Of a DNA stretch of 64,000 bases, positions 19,427 through 29,635 are shown one piece after another; the stretch's first letter is position 1; each line of letters opens with the position of its first letter. The stretch lies in IMG/VR virus record IMGVR_UViG_3300045988_166199, positions 9,605 to 73,604 of that record. The stretch is one strand, 5' to 3'. Position numbers and translations under genes: made by a program. Below the pieces are notes generated by a model. The model saw only the letters and a list, made by a program, of their open reading frames with translations, did not search any database and was not told where the DNA came from. Source of the stretch: a virus. Lineage: Duplodnaviria > Heunggongvirae > Uroviricota > Caudoviricetes.

Positions 19427-20662
19427 ATGACTACTACTGCACTGCAAAATGAAAAAAATCCTTCTGATTACCTTGTTTGCAAGTGGTGCGGAAAATCATT
19501 TCACTATTTTAAGTCCCATGTAGCCAATGGTAATTGCGAGGGCATTCCTGAGTCAGTAAAAGATGCCGATCCTGACACCGTACTGAAAATGTACACAACG
19601 CAGTTTCCAGATGAGCCAACGCTATCGAAAAAGGCACTTGATGCAATTCAAGCTAAACGTGCCGAGCAAATAAGCGAAATGGCCAAATCATCTGGCGTGA
19701 CCAATAGCCCAGGCTATACAGGCACAGTTGAGTACAAGACAGATCTGGTCGCAGCTCACGAACTGCTAAATGTAACGGTGAAAGAACTCGGAACAAAACG
19801 TGGGACGCCGCTCATGGTTAGCGTCAACGTCAATACGCCGTTTCCAGAGTTCGTTCCAGAAGTGAAGAAGGGATACGTATATGGCGACTTCGAACTGATC
19901 AAAGACATTTTCATGATGCTTGAACTTGGCATACCAGGCTATTTGTGGGGTCATGCAGGAACAGGCAAATCTTCATTGCCTACACAACTATGTGCTTTGC
20001 TCAATCGTCCGTTAATCCGTGCCCAACATACAGCATCAATGGAAGAGGCTCATGTTACGGGACAAATTCTGGCGCGTGATGGCTCTACGTATTTCGAGCC
20101 TGGCTTGCTTGCGCTCGCAATGAAGCATGGCTGGGTTTACCTCGCGGATGAATACGACTTTGCGTTTCCACAGATTCTTGGCGTGTATCAGCCAGTGCTG
20201 GAAGGTGAAGCGTTGGTCATCAAAGAGGCGACTCAAGAATGGCGTCGCATTACTCCGCATGAACGGTTTGCTTTCATTGGCACTGGCAACACGAACGGAT
20301 CTGGTGATGAAACCGGCTTGTACCAGGGTACAAACATCCAGAACGCCGCTAACTTTTCGCGTTTTGGCATCGTTTCGAATGTGAAATACATGAGCAAAGA
20401 GGCAGAGATCAACATGTTGATAAATGCTGGCATCGTGGATGAATACGCTGAAAAGATGGTTAAGTTTGCCGGTATCGTTCGCGATGGATACGAAGAACAC
20501 CTGATCAGTCAGCCGATTGGCCCTCGTGAACTTTTGTTGTCGGCCAAGATTGGAATGATGCGAGGCGACTTTGTGACAGGTATTGAGCGTTCTTTCATTA
20601 ACAAACTCCCTTCAGCTTCTGCGCAAGCGGCACGTGAAGTTGTTCAAAAAATATTTGGTTAA
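19427..20662 (+). CDS. AAA+ ATPase, CobS/MoxR-like
   Basis: Walker A GHAGTGKSS, Walker B VYLADEYD; N-terminal Cys-rich CKWCGK...H...C segment. Confidence 0.75.
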   Translation: MTTTALQNEKNPSDYLVCKWCGKSFHYFKSHVANGNCEGIPESVKDADPDTVLKMYTTQFPDEPTLSKKALDAIQAKRAEQISEMAKSSGVTNSPGYTGTVEYKTDLVAAHELLNVTVKELGTKRGTPLMVSVNVNTPFPEFVPEVKKGYVYGDFELIKDIFMMLELGIPGYLWGHAGTGKSSLPTQLCALLNRPLIRAQHTASMEEAHVTGQILARDGSTYFEPGLLALAMKHGWVYLADEYDFAFPQILGVYQPVLEGEALVIKEATQEWRRITPHERFAFIGTGNTNGSGDETGLYQGTNIQNAANFSRFGIVSNVKYMSKEAEINMLINAGIVDEYAEKMVKFAGIVRDGYEEHLISQPIGPRELLLSAKIGMMRGDFVTGIERSFINKLPSASAQAAREVVQKIFG

Positions 20663-20664
20663 TC

Positions 20665-20868
20665 GTGCGTAAAGGATGTTTCGGCTCTCTTATCGCTGCT
20701 TCTGAAACTGGCAAGGCTTGTCTGGTGTGTCCAGACAAGCCCGATTGTCACCAATCAGCAAAAGAAGTTGCGATTTCGATGTATGGGAAATTCGTAGGCT
20801 TCCCCAATGACAAAATCAAAAAAACCAGAAAGGTAAAAACACATGAAGGCTCTGATGGTTCGAACTGA
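20665..20868 (+). CDS. small Cys-rich hypothetical protein (67 aa)
   Basis: ORF between AAA+ gene and polymerase; CxxC-like cysteines; overlaps polymerase start. Confidence 0.3.
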   Translation: MRKGCFGSLIAASETGKACLVCPDKPDCHQSAKEVAISMYGKFVGFPNDKIKKTRKVKTHEGSDGSN

Positions 20869-23800
20869 CTTCTCTCTTGGGGAGTCGGCTCTAAAAGCAG
20901 AAAACGCGGTGAAGATTGCCAGAGAAGCTGGCTACACCGCTGTAATTTCGGCAGATAGCATGAATATTGCGAGTGTTATTCCACTACAACGTGCCGCTGG
21001 TGACGACATGGCGGTTATTTGTGGTGTGAAACTAAACATTGTTGATGATCCCACATACGAGCACCGGGCTAAACTTGCTAAAGAGTCTATGGGATGTATG
21101 GAATCATTAGAGCGTGGGCGGAACTACTCCTTTACCGCTCTAATTAAAAATGAGCAGGGATATCGAGACATCTGCGAACTAATGACGGCGGCCAACACAC
21201 GAGAACAGTTCTACTTTGTACCGCGTCTCTCGCTCGAACAGTTGGTTTCTACATATGCCAAAGGCAACATCATCCTGCTCACTGCCGACATCGGTAGCGT
21301 GTACCAACGCAACGATTTTGCAAAAATCATAAGCTCACTGATTACAGCGGGTGGAAAAAACAACTTCTATAGTGTGGTTTATCCGCACCCTACCCCATTC
21401 TACGACCAGATTAACGTCCGGGCGATGAAAGTCGCCAGCGCACTGAAAATAGAGCCAGTAGCGTTCTATCCCGCTTATTACGAATCGATCGACGATGCAG
21501 ACATTAAAGACATTGCGCACATGGTTACGAACAACATCAAAATCGACCAGCCGCATCGTCTGCGTATCCCCCACCAGCGAGATAACGCCGTCAATGGTCG
21601 CCGCCATCTCCTTGAGGCGCTGAAAGCCTTCTCCGTTCGCATGGATGTGCCGGTAACAGCCGCAATGGCCTCAACAACGCAGGATACCATTATCGATGCC
21701 TGCACATGGCGCTGGCATGAATTGCCACCAGCACTGCCAAAGATGGCAGACGACGAGCCTGCAACGCTGATGAAACTGGCCGTTGCTGGGCTGCGTAAAC
21801 GTCTTACCACAAAAGAGTTTGGCTACACACCACCGGCTTCTGAGAACAGGGTTTATGTTGAGCGACTTAAGTACGAAATGGACACGCTTACTCGCCTGGG
21901 ATTTTGTGGTTACTTCCTGATGGTACGCGATCTGATGAATCACAGCCGTGAAACTGGCATTCCTGTCGGGCCTGGTCGTGGTTCCTCCGCTGGCTCTTTG
22001 GTGGCATGGTGCATAGGCATAACCAACGTCGACCCTATCCGTCACGGTCTTCTGTTTGAACGTTTCATCAACCCTGAGCGTCTCGACTTGCCAGATGCGG
22101 ACTTGGACTTCAGCCAGGCACGTCGCCATGAGGTGATCGAGTATCTGAATGAACGCTACGGCGAAGATTACGTTGCAGGCATTCCGAACTTCACCTACCT
22201 GGGCGCGGCCTCTGCACTACGTGACACCGCTCGTATTTATGGTGTGGAGTCCGCAGATATGGCGGTATCAAAAGAACTGAAGAACGTCGAGGATGATAGC
22301 CTTCCATTGGAAGAGCTGCGCGAACAACTGGCAAGCCTCGACAAATACGCGACAAAATATCCTGATGCATTCAATGCAGCCTGCAAGTTACAAAGCCTTA
22401 TGCGTGGCTATGGTAGACATGCGGCAGGGATGATCGTAGCAGGTGTTCCTCTGACAGAACGAACACCGGTTGAACGACGTGGTGACGCGCGTTGTATCGC
22501 ATTTGACAAGCGTTACTGCGAGGCTATGGGCCTAATTAAGCTGGACGTACTTGGCCTGGCGACTCTCGATTTGCTCGATAGTGCAAAACGCTACATTAAA
22601 GAGAACACAGGTGAGGATATCAATCTTGATGCCATTTCTCTTGAAGATCGCAAGGTGCTGGATGGTTTTGCTGCTGGGTACACTCAAGGTGTTTTCCAGC
22701 TTGAATCAGGCCCAATGCGCAAGCTGCTTAAAGATTTAGGTGGTGGAATTGAGCCAATGAGCTTTAAAACGGTCGTTGCTACGACTGCGCTCTTCCGGCC
22801 GGGGCCAATTCAGTCAGGCATGTTGGATGATTATGTTTCTGTCGCCAAAGGCTTTATGACGCCGGAATCATTACACCCCGTTCTTGATGAACTTACCGCA
22901 GAAACAAATGGCGTGATTCTCTATCAGGAACAGACGATGAACGCGACTCGATTGCTTGCCGGCTTCACAATGGCTGAAGCTGACGGCGTTCGTAAAGCGA
23001 TCGGCAAAAAAGACATGGAGAAAATGAAGAGCATGGGTGAGAAGTTCATCGTTCAGGCTCAAGCTGGCTGGATCGACGTTGAGCTGGAAGATGGCACTAC
23101 ACAGCGCATTCACCGTGCGGAACATTTTAAATGCGAAGACGGAACTCTGAAAACTGTCGAAGAGGCACTTGAGTTCGGTGCAAAACTACCTATAAACGCA
23201 GTACGCGTTACAGCGTCACATCCAGGGCTATCAGAGATGAAAGCGAAGGAGATCTGGACCGCATTCGAAAAGAATGGTGCCTACCAGTTCAACAAATCAC
23301 ACTCTGTTGCTTACTCCTTAATCAGTTATCAATCTATGTGGTTGAAAACTCATTATCCCGCAGAGTTTTTCGCTGCTGCTCTCACTATTCTTGGCGAAGA
23401 TAAACACCAGGGGCTGGTTAAAGATGCGCTGACCTATGGTATTCGCGTATTGCCACCAGACGTTAACATGTCATCTAACCGAATCGAGATCCGCACGCTT
23501 GAAGATGGCAGCCAGGTGCTGTATGCGCCCTTCTCTGCTGTGAAGGGGTGTTCTGAGAATGGCTGCCAGGCCATCATGAGAGCGCGAGAAAAGGTTGGCG
23601 GCAAATTCGAGTCACTTGCGCAATTCGAAGAAGCTGTCGAGAAACGTGCCTGTAATAGTCGAGTGCGCGAATCGCTGCAAAAAGTAGGGGCGTTTGCATC
23701 CATCGAGCCAGGTAGTCTGCCAGCAACTGATCCAGAGCGCCTCCGCGACCAGGCTGAATTGATGGGAAACCTTGTCATAGATGCAGTTAAAGCCTCACGT

Positions 23801-24361
23801 CCGTTTGAGATGAACCCCAAACGTTCGGCTGAGATTAACGTGCTCATGACACGGATGGCGGCTGAAATGGGCTTAGGTGATGAACTAATCCGCCCCAGCA
23901 TTGGTATTAAGCCGAAAATCATGATCATTCTGGACAATGCGAACGGCAATGATGCTCGAACCGGTTACTTTATGGAGAACGGATACGACGATTTTAAGGC
24001 CAAGCTATTGACGGCTGGAGATTTACGCATGGGCGATCTCTATGTCACAGGCGTTTGCAAGAAGGTTAAAGACAAAGAAAAAGACTACACCAAAGACGAG
24101 ATCGGCCAGTTCACCGACTTTATGCGTGAAGAGATCAATCTGGTGCGTCCGACCTATGTGCTGACGTGTGGCAGCCGGGCAACGTCGCTCTTCAACAACA
24201 AGATCAAACCATCCGACCTGGTTGGACGCAAAGAGTATCTGCCGGAGCTGGATGTGACTGTTTTCTACGGATTTAACCCGAATATTTTGTACTTTCGCCC
24301 AGAGGAAGGCGAAAAGCTGGAAGCAATTCTGGCAGAGGTAGCGGAGACTATTAGCAAATGA
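20843..24361 (+). CDS. dnaE: DNA polymerase III alpha subunit-like replicative polymerase (PHP domain, DnaE family)
   Basis: Signature GPGRGSSAGSLVAWCIGITNVDP...LLFERFINPER..PDADLDF; 1172 aa. Confidence 0.95.
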   Translation: MKALMVRTDFSLGESALKAENAVKIAREAGYTAVISADSMNIASVIPLQRAAGDDMAVICGVKLNIVDDPTYEHRAKLAKESMGCMESLERGRNYSFTALIKNEQGYRDICELMTAANTREQFYFVPRLSLEQLVSTYAKGNIILLTADIGSVYQRNDFAKIISSLITAGGKNNFYSVVYPHPTPFYDQINVRAMKVASALKIEPVAFYPAYYESIDDADIKDIAHMVTNNIKIDQPHRLRIPHQRDNAVNGRRHLLEALKAFSVRMDVPVTAAMASTTQDTIIDACTWRWHELPPALPKMADDEPATLMKLAVAGLRKRLTTKEFGYTPPASENRVYVERLKYEMDTLTRLGFCGYFLMVRDLMNHSRETGIPVGPGRGSSAGSLVAWCIGITNVDPIRHGLLFERFINPERLDLPDADLDFSQARRHEVIEYLNERYGEDYVAGIPNFTYLGAASALRDTARIYGVESADMAVSKELKNVEDDSLPLEELREQLASLDKYATKYPDAFNAACKLQSLMRGYGRHAAGMIVAGVPLTERTPVERRGDARCIAFDKRYCEAMGLIKLDVLGLATLDLLDSAKRYIKENTGEDINLDAISLEDRKVLDGFAAGYTQGVFQLESGPMRKLLKDLGGGIEPMSFKTVVATTALFRPGPIQSGMLDDYVSVAKGFMTPESLHPVLDELTAETNGVILYQEQTMNATRLLAGFTMAEADGVRKAIGKKDMEKMKSMGEKFIVQAQAGWIDVELEDGTTQRIHRAEHFKCEDGTLKTVEEALEFGAKLPINAVRVTASHPGLSEMKAKEIWTAFEKNGAYQFNKSHSVAYSLISYQSMWLKTHYPAEFFAAALTILGEDKHQGLVKDALTYGIRVLPPDVNMSSNRIEIRTLEDGSQVLYAPFSAVKGCSENGCQAIMRAREKVGGKFESLAQFEEAVEKRACNSRVRESLQKVGAFASIEPGSLPATDPERLRDQAELMGNLVIDAVKASRPFEMNPKRSAEINVLMTRMAAEMGLGDELIRPSIGIKPKIMIILDNANGNDARTGYFMENGYDDFKAKLLTAGDLRMGDLYVTGVCKKVKDKEKDYTKDEIGQFTDFMREEINLVRPTYVLTCGSRATSLFNNKIKPSDLVGRKEYLPELDVTVFYGFNPNILYFRPEEGEKLEAILAEVAETISK

Positions 24362-24494
24362 ATAAAGAAAACACCATAAAGGAGGCCAAAGAGTTTATGA
24401 AAGTAAACAAGATTGGCGATGTGAGATAGTACAGGCTGAAACGCTAGACCAGAGTCACTCTATCCAACATCTTGGGTAAGAAAGTCGCATAAAT

Positions 24495-24525
24495 AAAAAA
24501 CCCGCCAATCGCGGGTTTCATTTAT
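24495..24525. terminator. bidirectional hairpin terminator
   Basis: aaaaacccgc caat cgcgggtttcattt between convergent polymerase and opposite-strand gene. Confidence 0.7.
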
Positions 24526-24579
24526 TAATTGCAGATTCCGTGTAGTGATAGTTATTAATTATCTTCCGCCAATAAGACA

Positions 24580-25170
24580 TCAACTTAACTCTTTTATCTG
24601 CTTCCAAGTTTCAATACCTATTTCAGTTAAAGCATTAAAGTAATCGTTTTTTATTTCCGCATACTTGGAATCATCAAAGTTCAGATTACCATTATTTTTT
24701 TCTTCGACGCATTCCATGAAAAATTTAAGTGCATCATTACATTTATTAAAAATAGTTTGCTGATGAGTTTTTTTAGGATTAAGCAATACAATTATCTGAT
24801 TGCATTGAATCATTACAATTTTCGCCAGTTCGTCCCCAGCTTGTTGATATGTCGGGATTGCCTGCGGATTTATCGGTCGTTTTAATAAGTTGTAATTCAT
24901 ATCGAGATTCGCATAAAACTCACTACTTCTTGACCTTAGCTCTTGAAGCCAACGAAGTCTTTCTGCGGTAATTATAGTTGCTTTTAATTTTTTATCTTCA
25001 ATAGCAGCAGCAGAATTAATTTGTTCGTTTGTGCCTCGATATAACAAATATGCACCAATAGCAGCGCCTGCAATAGCTGATATTGAAGATATTACAGCAA
25101 TCCAAATAGCAGAATGGTCAGGTTTCGTGTTCTCTGCTATTTGCTTTAATAAATTATAAATATCAAACAT
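24580..25170 (-). CDS. membrane-anchored hypothetical protein (196 aa)
   Basis: Single N-terminal TM helix (IWIAVISSISAIAGAAIGAYLLY); AT-rich; opposite strand to the flanking module. Confidence 0.6.
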   Translation of the reverse strand: MFDIYNLLKQIAENTKPDHSAIWIAVISSISAIAGAAIGAYLLYRGTNEQINSAAAIEDKKLKATIITAERLRWLQELRSRSSEFYANLDMNYNLLKRPINPQAIPTYQQAGDELAKIVMIQCNQIIVLLNPKKTHQQTIFNKCNDALKFFMECVEEKNNGNLNFDDSKYAEIKNDYFNALTEIGIETWKQIKELS

Positions 25171-25414
25171 GAGGATAATATTTCCTTTTAATTTGAATAA
25201 TTAATGATAAATGCTGTGCGGAAACATGAAGATTCTATCCTTTTCAAAACCCATATTTCTTTCGATTAAATCCACGAACACAATAGGAGAAACTCCTGCA
25301 ATTAACAAGCCCTAAGAAATGGTTGTTCGAGCAGATAGCATAACGGTCTATCTTGGATTAGCGTTAATTTAAGCTCTATAATCAATACATCATGATAAGT
25401 GAGAATCTATCAAA

Positions 25415-25846
25415 ATGAGCACCAATATATACGAAAAAATCATGTCCGATCTCGAGTTTGACCGAGACAATCTGGAAGAAGTCTGGCGTAGACAACCCCG
25501 CCTGTTGATGGAATATGGCTCAAAACTCGCCCATGCAGAAAGAAGTGTCGCAGAAGCAAAACTTAACCTTGAAGCTGTTGAAGCAAAGCTATACGACACA
25601 GAGCGTAAGAACTTGAGTATGAACGGCATTAAGTTCAACGAATCTGTACTGGACGCTAAGGTTAAAACAAACCCACAGTATCTGTCTAAACGGCAGAAGT
25701 TGGATGAAGCACGGCACATCGCAGACATATACAAACATGCTGTCGCCGCCTTTTCGCATCGCCGAGACATGATCGTTCAGGCGTCAAAGATGGCCATCGT
25801 TGAATTAGAGCGATTAGGCTCTGAACGCTTTATTACTCCCCGTTGA
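25415..25846 (+). CDS. hypothetical protein (143 aa; possible UvsY-like recombination mediator)
   Basis: Size, helical pattern and position upstream of SSB and recombinase genes; similarity to UvsY is weak and from memory. Confidence 0.45.
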   Translation: MSTNIYEKIMSDLEFDRDNLEEVWRRQPRLLMEYGSKLAHAERSVAEAKLNLEAVEAKLYDTERKNLSMNGIKFNESVLDAKVKTNPQYLSKRQKLDEARHIADIYKHAVAAFSHRRDMIVQASKMAIVELERLGSERFITPR

Positions 25847-25963
25847 TTTTTGATAGATAATAAGTAAGTACTGATCTATCATTTAACAGCTCGAAAGAGC
25901 CACGAATGAACGAAAGCCCAACGCGCATAGCGCCATCGGCCAAATCACAACAAGGAGAAACAC

Positions 25964-26992
25964 ATGTCTAAGACATTACTTGATTTGCTTAACAAAACTC
26001 GTGAAGACATTGCCGCCAAACGTGGTAACAACGTTGATCTGACTCGCTTAAAAGACGGCGTCAACTATATCCGCATCTTCCCGAATAAAGACGACCCAAA
26101 CGGTAAGTTCTTCCAGACTTTCGGTATGCACTACGTTAAGTATCAGAACGAGGAAGGTAAAGAAGCAACCAACGCTTATATTTGTGAGCAACATACTCAC
26201 GGTCGCGCTTGTCAGCTATGCGAAATGGTGATGGAAGGTCGCGCTCGTCACAAGGGTAACAAAGCAATGGAAGAACGCATCGGTCAAATGCGTGCCACTC
26301 CTCGCTACCTGGTCAACGGCATTCTTTCTGCTCGTGAGGATTTCGCAGATGCTGAGAAATGCCAGTTAATCGAGCTGCCGTCTACTGTATTCGATGATAT
26401 CTGCAAAGCAATCACCGAAGACATCGCTGATGATATCGGCAATCCACTGAGCAAAGAGGAAGGCTACGCATTCCTGATTAAACGTACTGGCTCTGGTCGC
26501 GATACCAAATATGACGTCTCGCCTAAGCGTAAAGTCTACAAAGGCGATATCGAAGATAAATTCTGGAACACCCAGCATGATCTGATCGCATACGCAAATC
26601 AGGCTGATGAAACTCGTCTTCTGTCGACAGTTCGCACTATGGGTCGTCTGATTGGCATCGCTGCACCAACTGCCGCAGCATCTGCACCAGCAATTTCCTC
26701 AACCGCGAAAACATCGGCTGCGGCACTACCTGGATTTGGCTCTGTCACTGGTCATACAGAAGGAGCGACGGCTGTAGCAACCGCGCACACACCGGCTTCT
26801 GAACCAACCAGTCTGGTTGATGAAGAAATCCTCCGTGCCGTTGAAACTGAATTTAAACCAGAGGCAAGTTCCGCTGCCGTTGCCGTATCAGTCAAAGAGT
26901 CTGAAGCAGTCGCAGCGACATCTGTAGCAACCGCATCTGCGACGGAAGATGAAGGTCTGGATGAGCTACTGAGAGAGCTGGACTCTCTGTAA
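25964..26992 (+). CDS. single-stranded DNA-binding protein, T4 gp32-like
   Basis: Zn-binding-like H..C..C motif (CEQHTHGRACQLC), Ala/Ser-rich linker and acidic C-terminal tail ending DEGLDELLRELDSL, as in gp32. Confidence 0.65.
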   Translation: MSKTLLDLLNKTREDIAAKRGNNVDLTRLKDGVNYIRIFPNKDDPNGKFFQTFGMHYVKYQNEEGKEATNAYICEQHTHGRACQLCEMVMEGRARHKGNKAMEERIGQMRATPRYLVNGILSAREDFADAEKCQLIELPSTVFDDICKAITEDIADDIGNPLSKEEGYAFLIKRTGSGRDTKYDVSPKRKVYKGDIEDKFWNTQHDLIAYANQADETRLLSTVRTMGRLIGIAAPTAAASAPAISSTAKTSAAALPGFGSVTGHTEGATAVATAHTPASEPTSLVDEEILRAVETEFKPEASSAAVAVSVKESEAVAATSVATASATEDEGLDELLRELDSL

Positions 26993-27007
26993 TCCCATTA
27001 CGTGACC

Positions 27008-27038
27008 AGTAAGGCGTCTACGGACGCCTTACTTTTTG
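27008..27038 (+). terminator. rho-independent terminator (GGCGTC stem family)
   Basis: agtaaggcgtc tacg gacgccttact ttttt. Confidence 0.7.
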
Positions 27039-27052
27039 GAAGGAATGTACCG

Positions 27053-27997
27053 GTGAATTATCTCTTCGTAGATGGCAATAGCCTGGGTTATTACCACCAA
27101 CAATCTGACAAATTGCACAACGGCGAAATGGAAGTACAGGCTGCTTTCGGCTTTGTTAAGAACGTCCGTCGTTATGCCTCCATCCTCCATGCCCGACCTA
27201 TGATTCTTTGGGATGGATTTAGTGACAAGCGTCGCGACTTTTACCCGGACTACAAAGCAAATCGCGACGACGATCCTGATATGAAAAAGATGAAGGAAGG
27301 CTTTGCTATCCAGAAGCCATACATCCTCAAAATGATGACCGCGCTTGGAGTTACCCAACTCATTGCAAAAGATGCAGAAGCGGATGATCTGGCCGGGCTG
27401 CTGGTATCCCGCATGGCACCGCAGCCAACCGTTGAACACATCTATCTGTTAACAGGCGATAGCGACTGGCTTCAGTTAGTTCGTGAAAACGTAAGCTGGG
27501 TAAGCCTGCGTGAAGACGCCAAAAACAAGCAGGTTAATTTTGAGCAATTTGCGGAGCTGACAGGATTCGCTACTCCTCGCGCATTTTTGGAAGCAAAAGC
27601 ATTACAAGGCGATAAATCGGACAACATTAGCGGTGTTGGTGGCATTGGTGCTGGCGGTGCGAAAGAGCTGCTGCATGAATGGGGAAGTGTCGCAACGATG
27701 GTACGCGGCATCAACGACGGCTCAATCGTGGTTGACAAAGGACGCCATAAGACCGCCTTCAACAAACTAGCGAAGAATGCCTTCAACGAGAAAACAGGCT
27801 GTCGAATGCTCGAAGCGTTCAAGAGAAACATCACGCTAATGAACCTGATTGAGACGAAGTTTCCGCCTACCGAAATCGAAACAATCAAAGGCAATCGTGA
27901 CGTGAAAGCATTCGAGCAACTGTGCTACGAGCTGAATTTCCGTTCGTTCCTTGAAGACCTTGAAGTGTTTGTTCTTCCATTCGAAAGGTATTGCTAA
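27053..27997 (+). CDS. 5'-3' exonuclease / flap endonuclease (T4 RNase H / Pol I N-terminal domain family)
   Basis: FVDGNSLGYY motif, acidic metal-binding residues, helix-hairpin-helix GDKSDNISGVGGIGAGGA; start set at GTG 27053 after RBS ggaagga (ORF track 27002 overlaps terminator). Confidence 0.85.
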   Translation: MNYLFVDGNSLGYYHQQSDKLHNGEMEVQAAFGFVKNVRRYASILHARPMILWDGFSDKRRDFYPDYKANRDDDPDMKKMKEGFAIQKPYILKMMTALGVTQLIAKDAEADDLAGLLVSRMAPQPTVEHIYLLTGDSDWLQLVRENVSWVSLREDAKNKQVNFEQFAELTGFATPRAFLEAKALQGDKSDNISGVGGIGAGGAKELLHEWGSVATMVRGINDGSIVVDKGRHKTAFNKLAKNAFNEKTGCRMLEAFKRNITLMNLIETKFPPTEIETIKGNRDVKAFEQLCYELNFRSFLEDLEVFVLPFERYC

Positions 27998-28263
27998 TGC
28001 TTAAATCGATTATTAATGGCGCTACAACCACCCCCACCCAACTGGCAAAAGAGATTGTCTTTTATCACGGTGAGTACGCTGTCATCGCACTGCCGTCAAT
28101 TCTGGGCGCTGCCGGAATGAAAGCGACAGATCGCGAGTTTGGATTAGTCAGCGAGCAGGTCGTAAAAATCCTCGCTCGTGTATCCAGACTCCTTAATCAC
28201 GATGCGATTGTATTCGACGAATCCGCCGCTTTAAAACGAATCAACGAAACAAAAGGAGCCTGA
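27991..28263 (+). CDS. hypothetical protein (90 aa)
   Basis: ORF tightly packed between FEN and recombinase genes. Confidence 0.4.
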   Translation: MLMLKSIINGATTTPTQLAKEIVFYHGEYAVIALPSILGAAGMKATDREFGLVSEQVVKILARVSRLLNHDAIVFDESAALKRINETKGA

Positions 28264-28265
28264 TC

Positions 28266-29339
28266 ATGGCAAAAGGAAAATCCGCACTGGCACTTGCTCT
28301 GAAAAAGAAAATCGGTAGCAACGACGAAATTCAGAAAGTAACTCATTGGATTGATACAGGCTTTCCACCGTTAAACAAAGCTATTTCTGGTCGTTACGAT
28401 GGCGGCTTCCCATGTGGTCGTATCGTCGAAGTATTCGGCCCTCCAAGTGCAGGGAAAACGTTCCTTGCAACAGCAGCAATGATCTCCGCACAGAAACAAG
28501 ATGGTCTGGCGGTATTCCTCGATCATGAAAACAGTTTTGACGTTGGCCTGGCTGTAGCCAATGGCCTGAACGCAGATGAGGATGACGGTCAGTGGGTATA
28601 CAAGCAGCCAGATACCTTCGAAGACTCTGTAGAGTTGATCGGCACAATACTTAAATTGGTTCGTGATGAAGAGCTTATCCCCGAATCAGCACCTATCTGT
28701 ATCGTGGCTGACTCTCTTGCGTCTATGGTTCCGAACTCCAAAGCCGAGAAGTTCGAAAAGATGGCTGAAGGCACTGCCAAAGACAAAGATCAGCTAAACA
28801 TGAACGACAATACGGCACTGGCTCGTGCGACGAGTGCGAACTTCCCTACTCTGGCTTTGTGGGCACGCAAATACAACGCCTGCATCATCTTCTTGAATCA
28901 GGTTCGCACAAAAATCGGTGTAATGTTTGGCGACCCTACTACGTCGCCAGGTGGAGATTCACCGAAGTTCTACGCTTCTGTACGTATCCGTCTTGGTGCA
29001 TCGGTGATGAAGGATGGTAAAGAGAAGATCGGCCAGGACGTAGGCGCAGAATGCATCAAAAACAAAGTTGCACCACCGTATGGCAAATGCACCTGGAAAT
29101 TCTACTTCGATCCTACTCGTGGCCTCGACGTTATCGAATCGCTCGTCGAGTACATGCTGGAAGAAGGATACCTGCCAAAGAACGCCAGCGGGCGAGTTGA
29201 AATTGGTGACAAGAAATACACCAAATCGCAGATCGTTGAGATGTATCGGGAGAAGCCACTGGCTGAAATCATTGCGGCTTTGCAGGCAATCGACGACCGA
29301 AGAGCAAAAGACAACCCCACCGAGTCAGTAGAAGAGTAA
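28266..29339 (+). CDS. RecA/UvsX-like recombinase
   Basis: Walker A GPPSAGKTF; RecA-fold pattern (ICIVADSLASMVP, IFLNQVR). Confidence 0.85.
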   Translation: MAKGKSALALALKKKIGSNDEIQKVTHWIDTGFPPLNKAISGRYDGGFPCGRIVEVFGPPSAGKTFLATAAMISAQKQDGLAVFLDHENSFDVGLAVANGLNADEDDGQWVYKQPDTFEDSVELIGTILKLVRDEELIPESAPICIVADSLASMVPNSKAEKFEKMAEGTAKDKDQLNMNDNTALARATSANFPTLALWARKYNACIIFLNQVRTKIGVMFGDPTTSPGGDSPKFYASVRIRLGASVMKDGKEKIGQDVGAECIKNKVAPPYGKCTWKFYFDPTRGLDVIESLVEYMLEEGYLPKNASGRVEIGDKKYTKSQIVEMYREKPLAEIIAALQAIDDRRAKDNPTESVEE

Positions 29340-29343
29340 ACAC

Positions 29344-29369
29344 AAGGCGTCCACAGGACGCCTTTTTTA
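29344..29369 (+). terminator. rho-independent terminator (GGCGTCC stem family)
   Basis: aaggcgtcc acag gacgcctt ttttat. Confidence 0.75.
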
Positions 29370-29431
29370 TCTCTTGAAAATATATAAGCACTTACTTATT
29401 ATTTTCGCATAACAACCACATAGGAAAACAC

Positions 29432-29632
29432 ATGATCAAAATCTATCTATTGGCAGTAGCCACAGGCCTTTCAGTGGCTCTCATCTACGGTTTACTGGTT
29501 CCGTCGCTGATTTCTACCAAGAGTGATTTAGCCGTCATGTTTGGAGTTATCGTTGGTTTTGGTGCTCCTGTAATCGGTCTTATTGCTGGTCGTAAGTTTA
29601 TCAACTCATTAATCAAAGCAAAGGGGAAATAA
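29432..29632 (+). CDS. small two-TM membrane protein (66 aa)
   Basis: Two hydrophobic helices; 4-bp gap to SPFH gene. Confidence 0.5.
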   Translation: MIKIYLLAVATGLSVALIYGLLVPSLISTKSDLAVMFGVIVGFGAPVIGLIAGRKFINSLIKAKGK

Positions 29633-29635
29633 GTA

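Noticed and set aside
21335-22129. Minus-strand ORFs (90-152 aa) inside the DnaE-like polymerase gene
   Set aside because: Entirely antisense to a well-supported 1172-aa coding sequence; composition typical of shadow ORFs.
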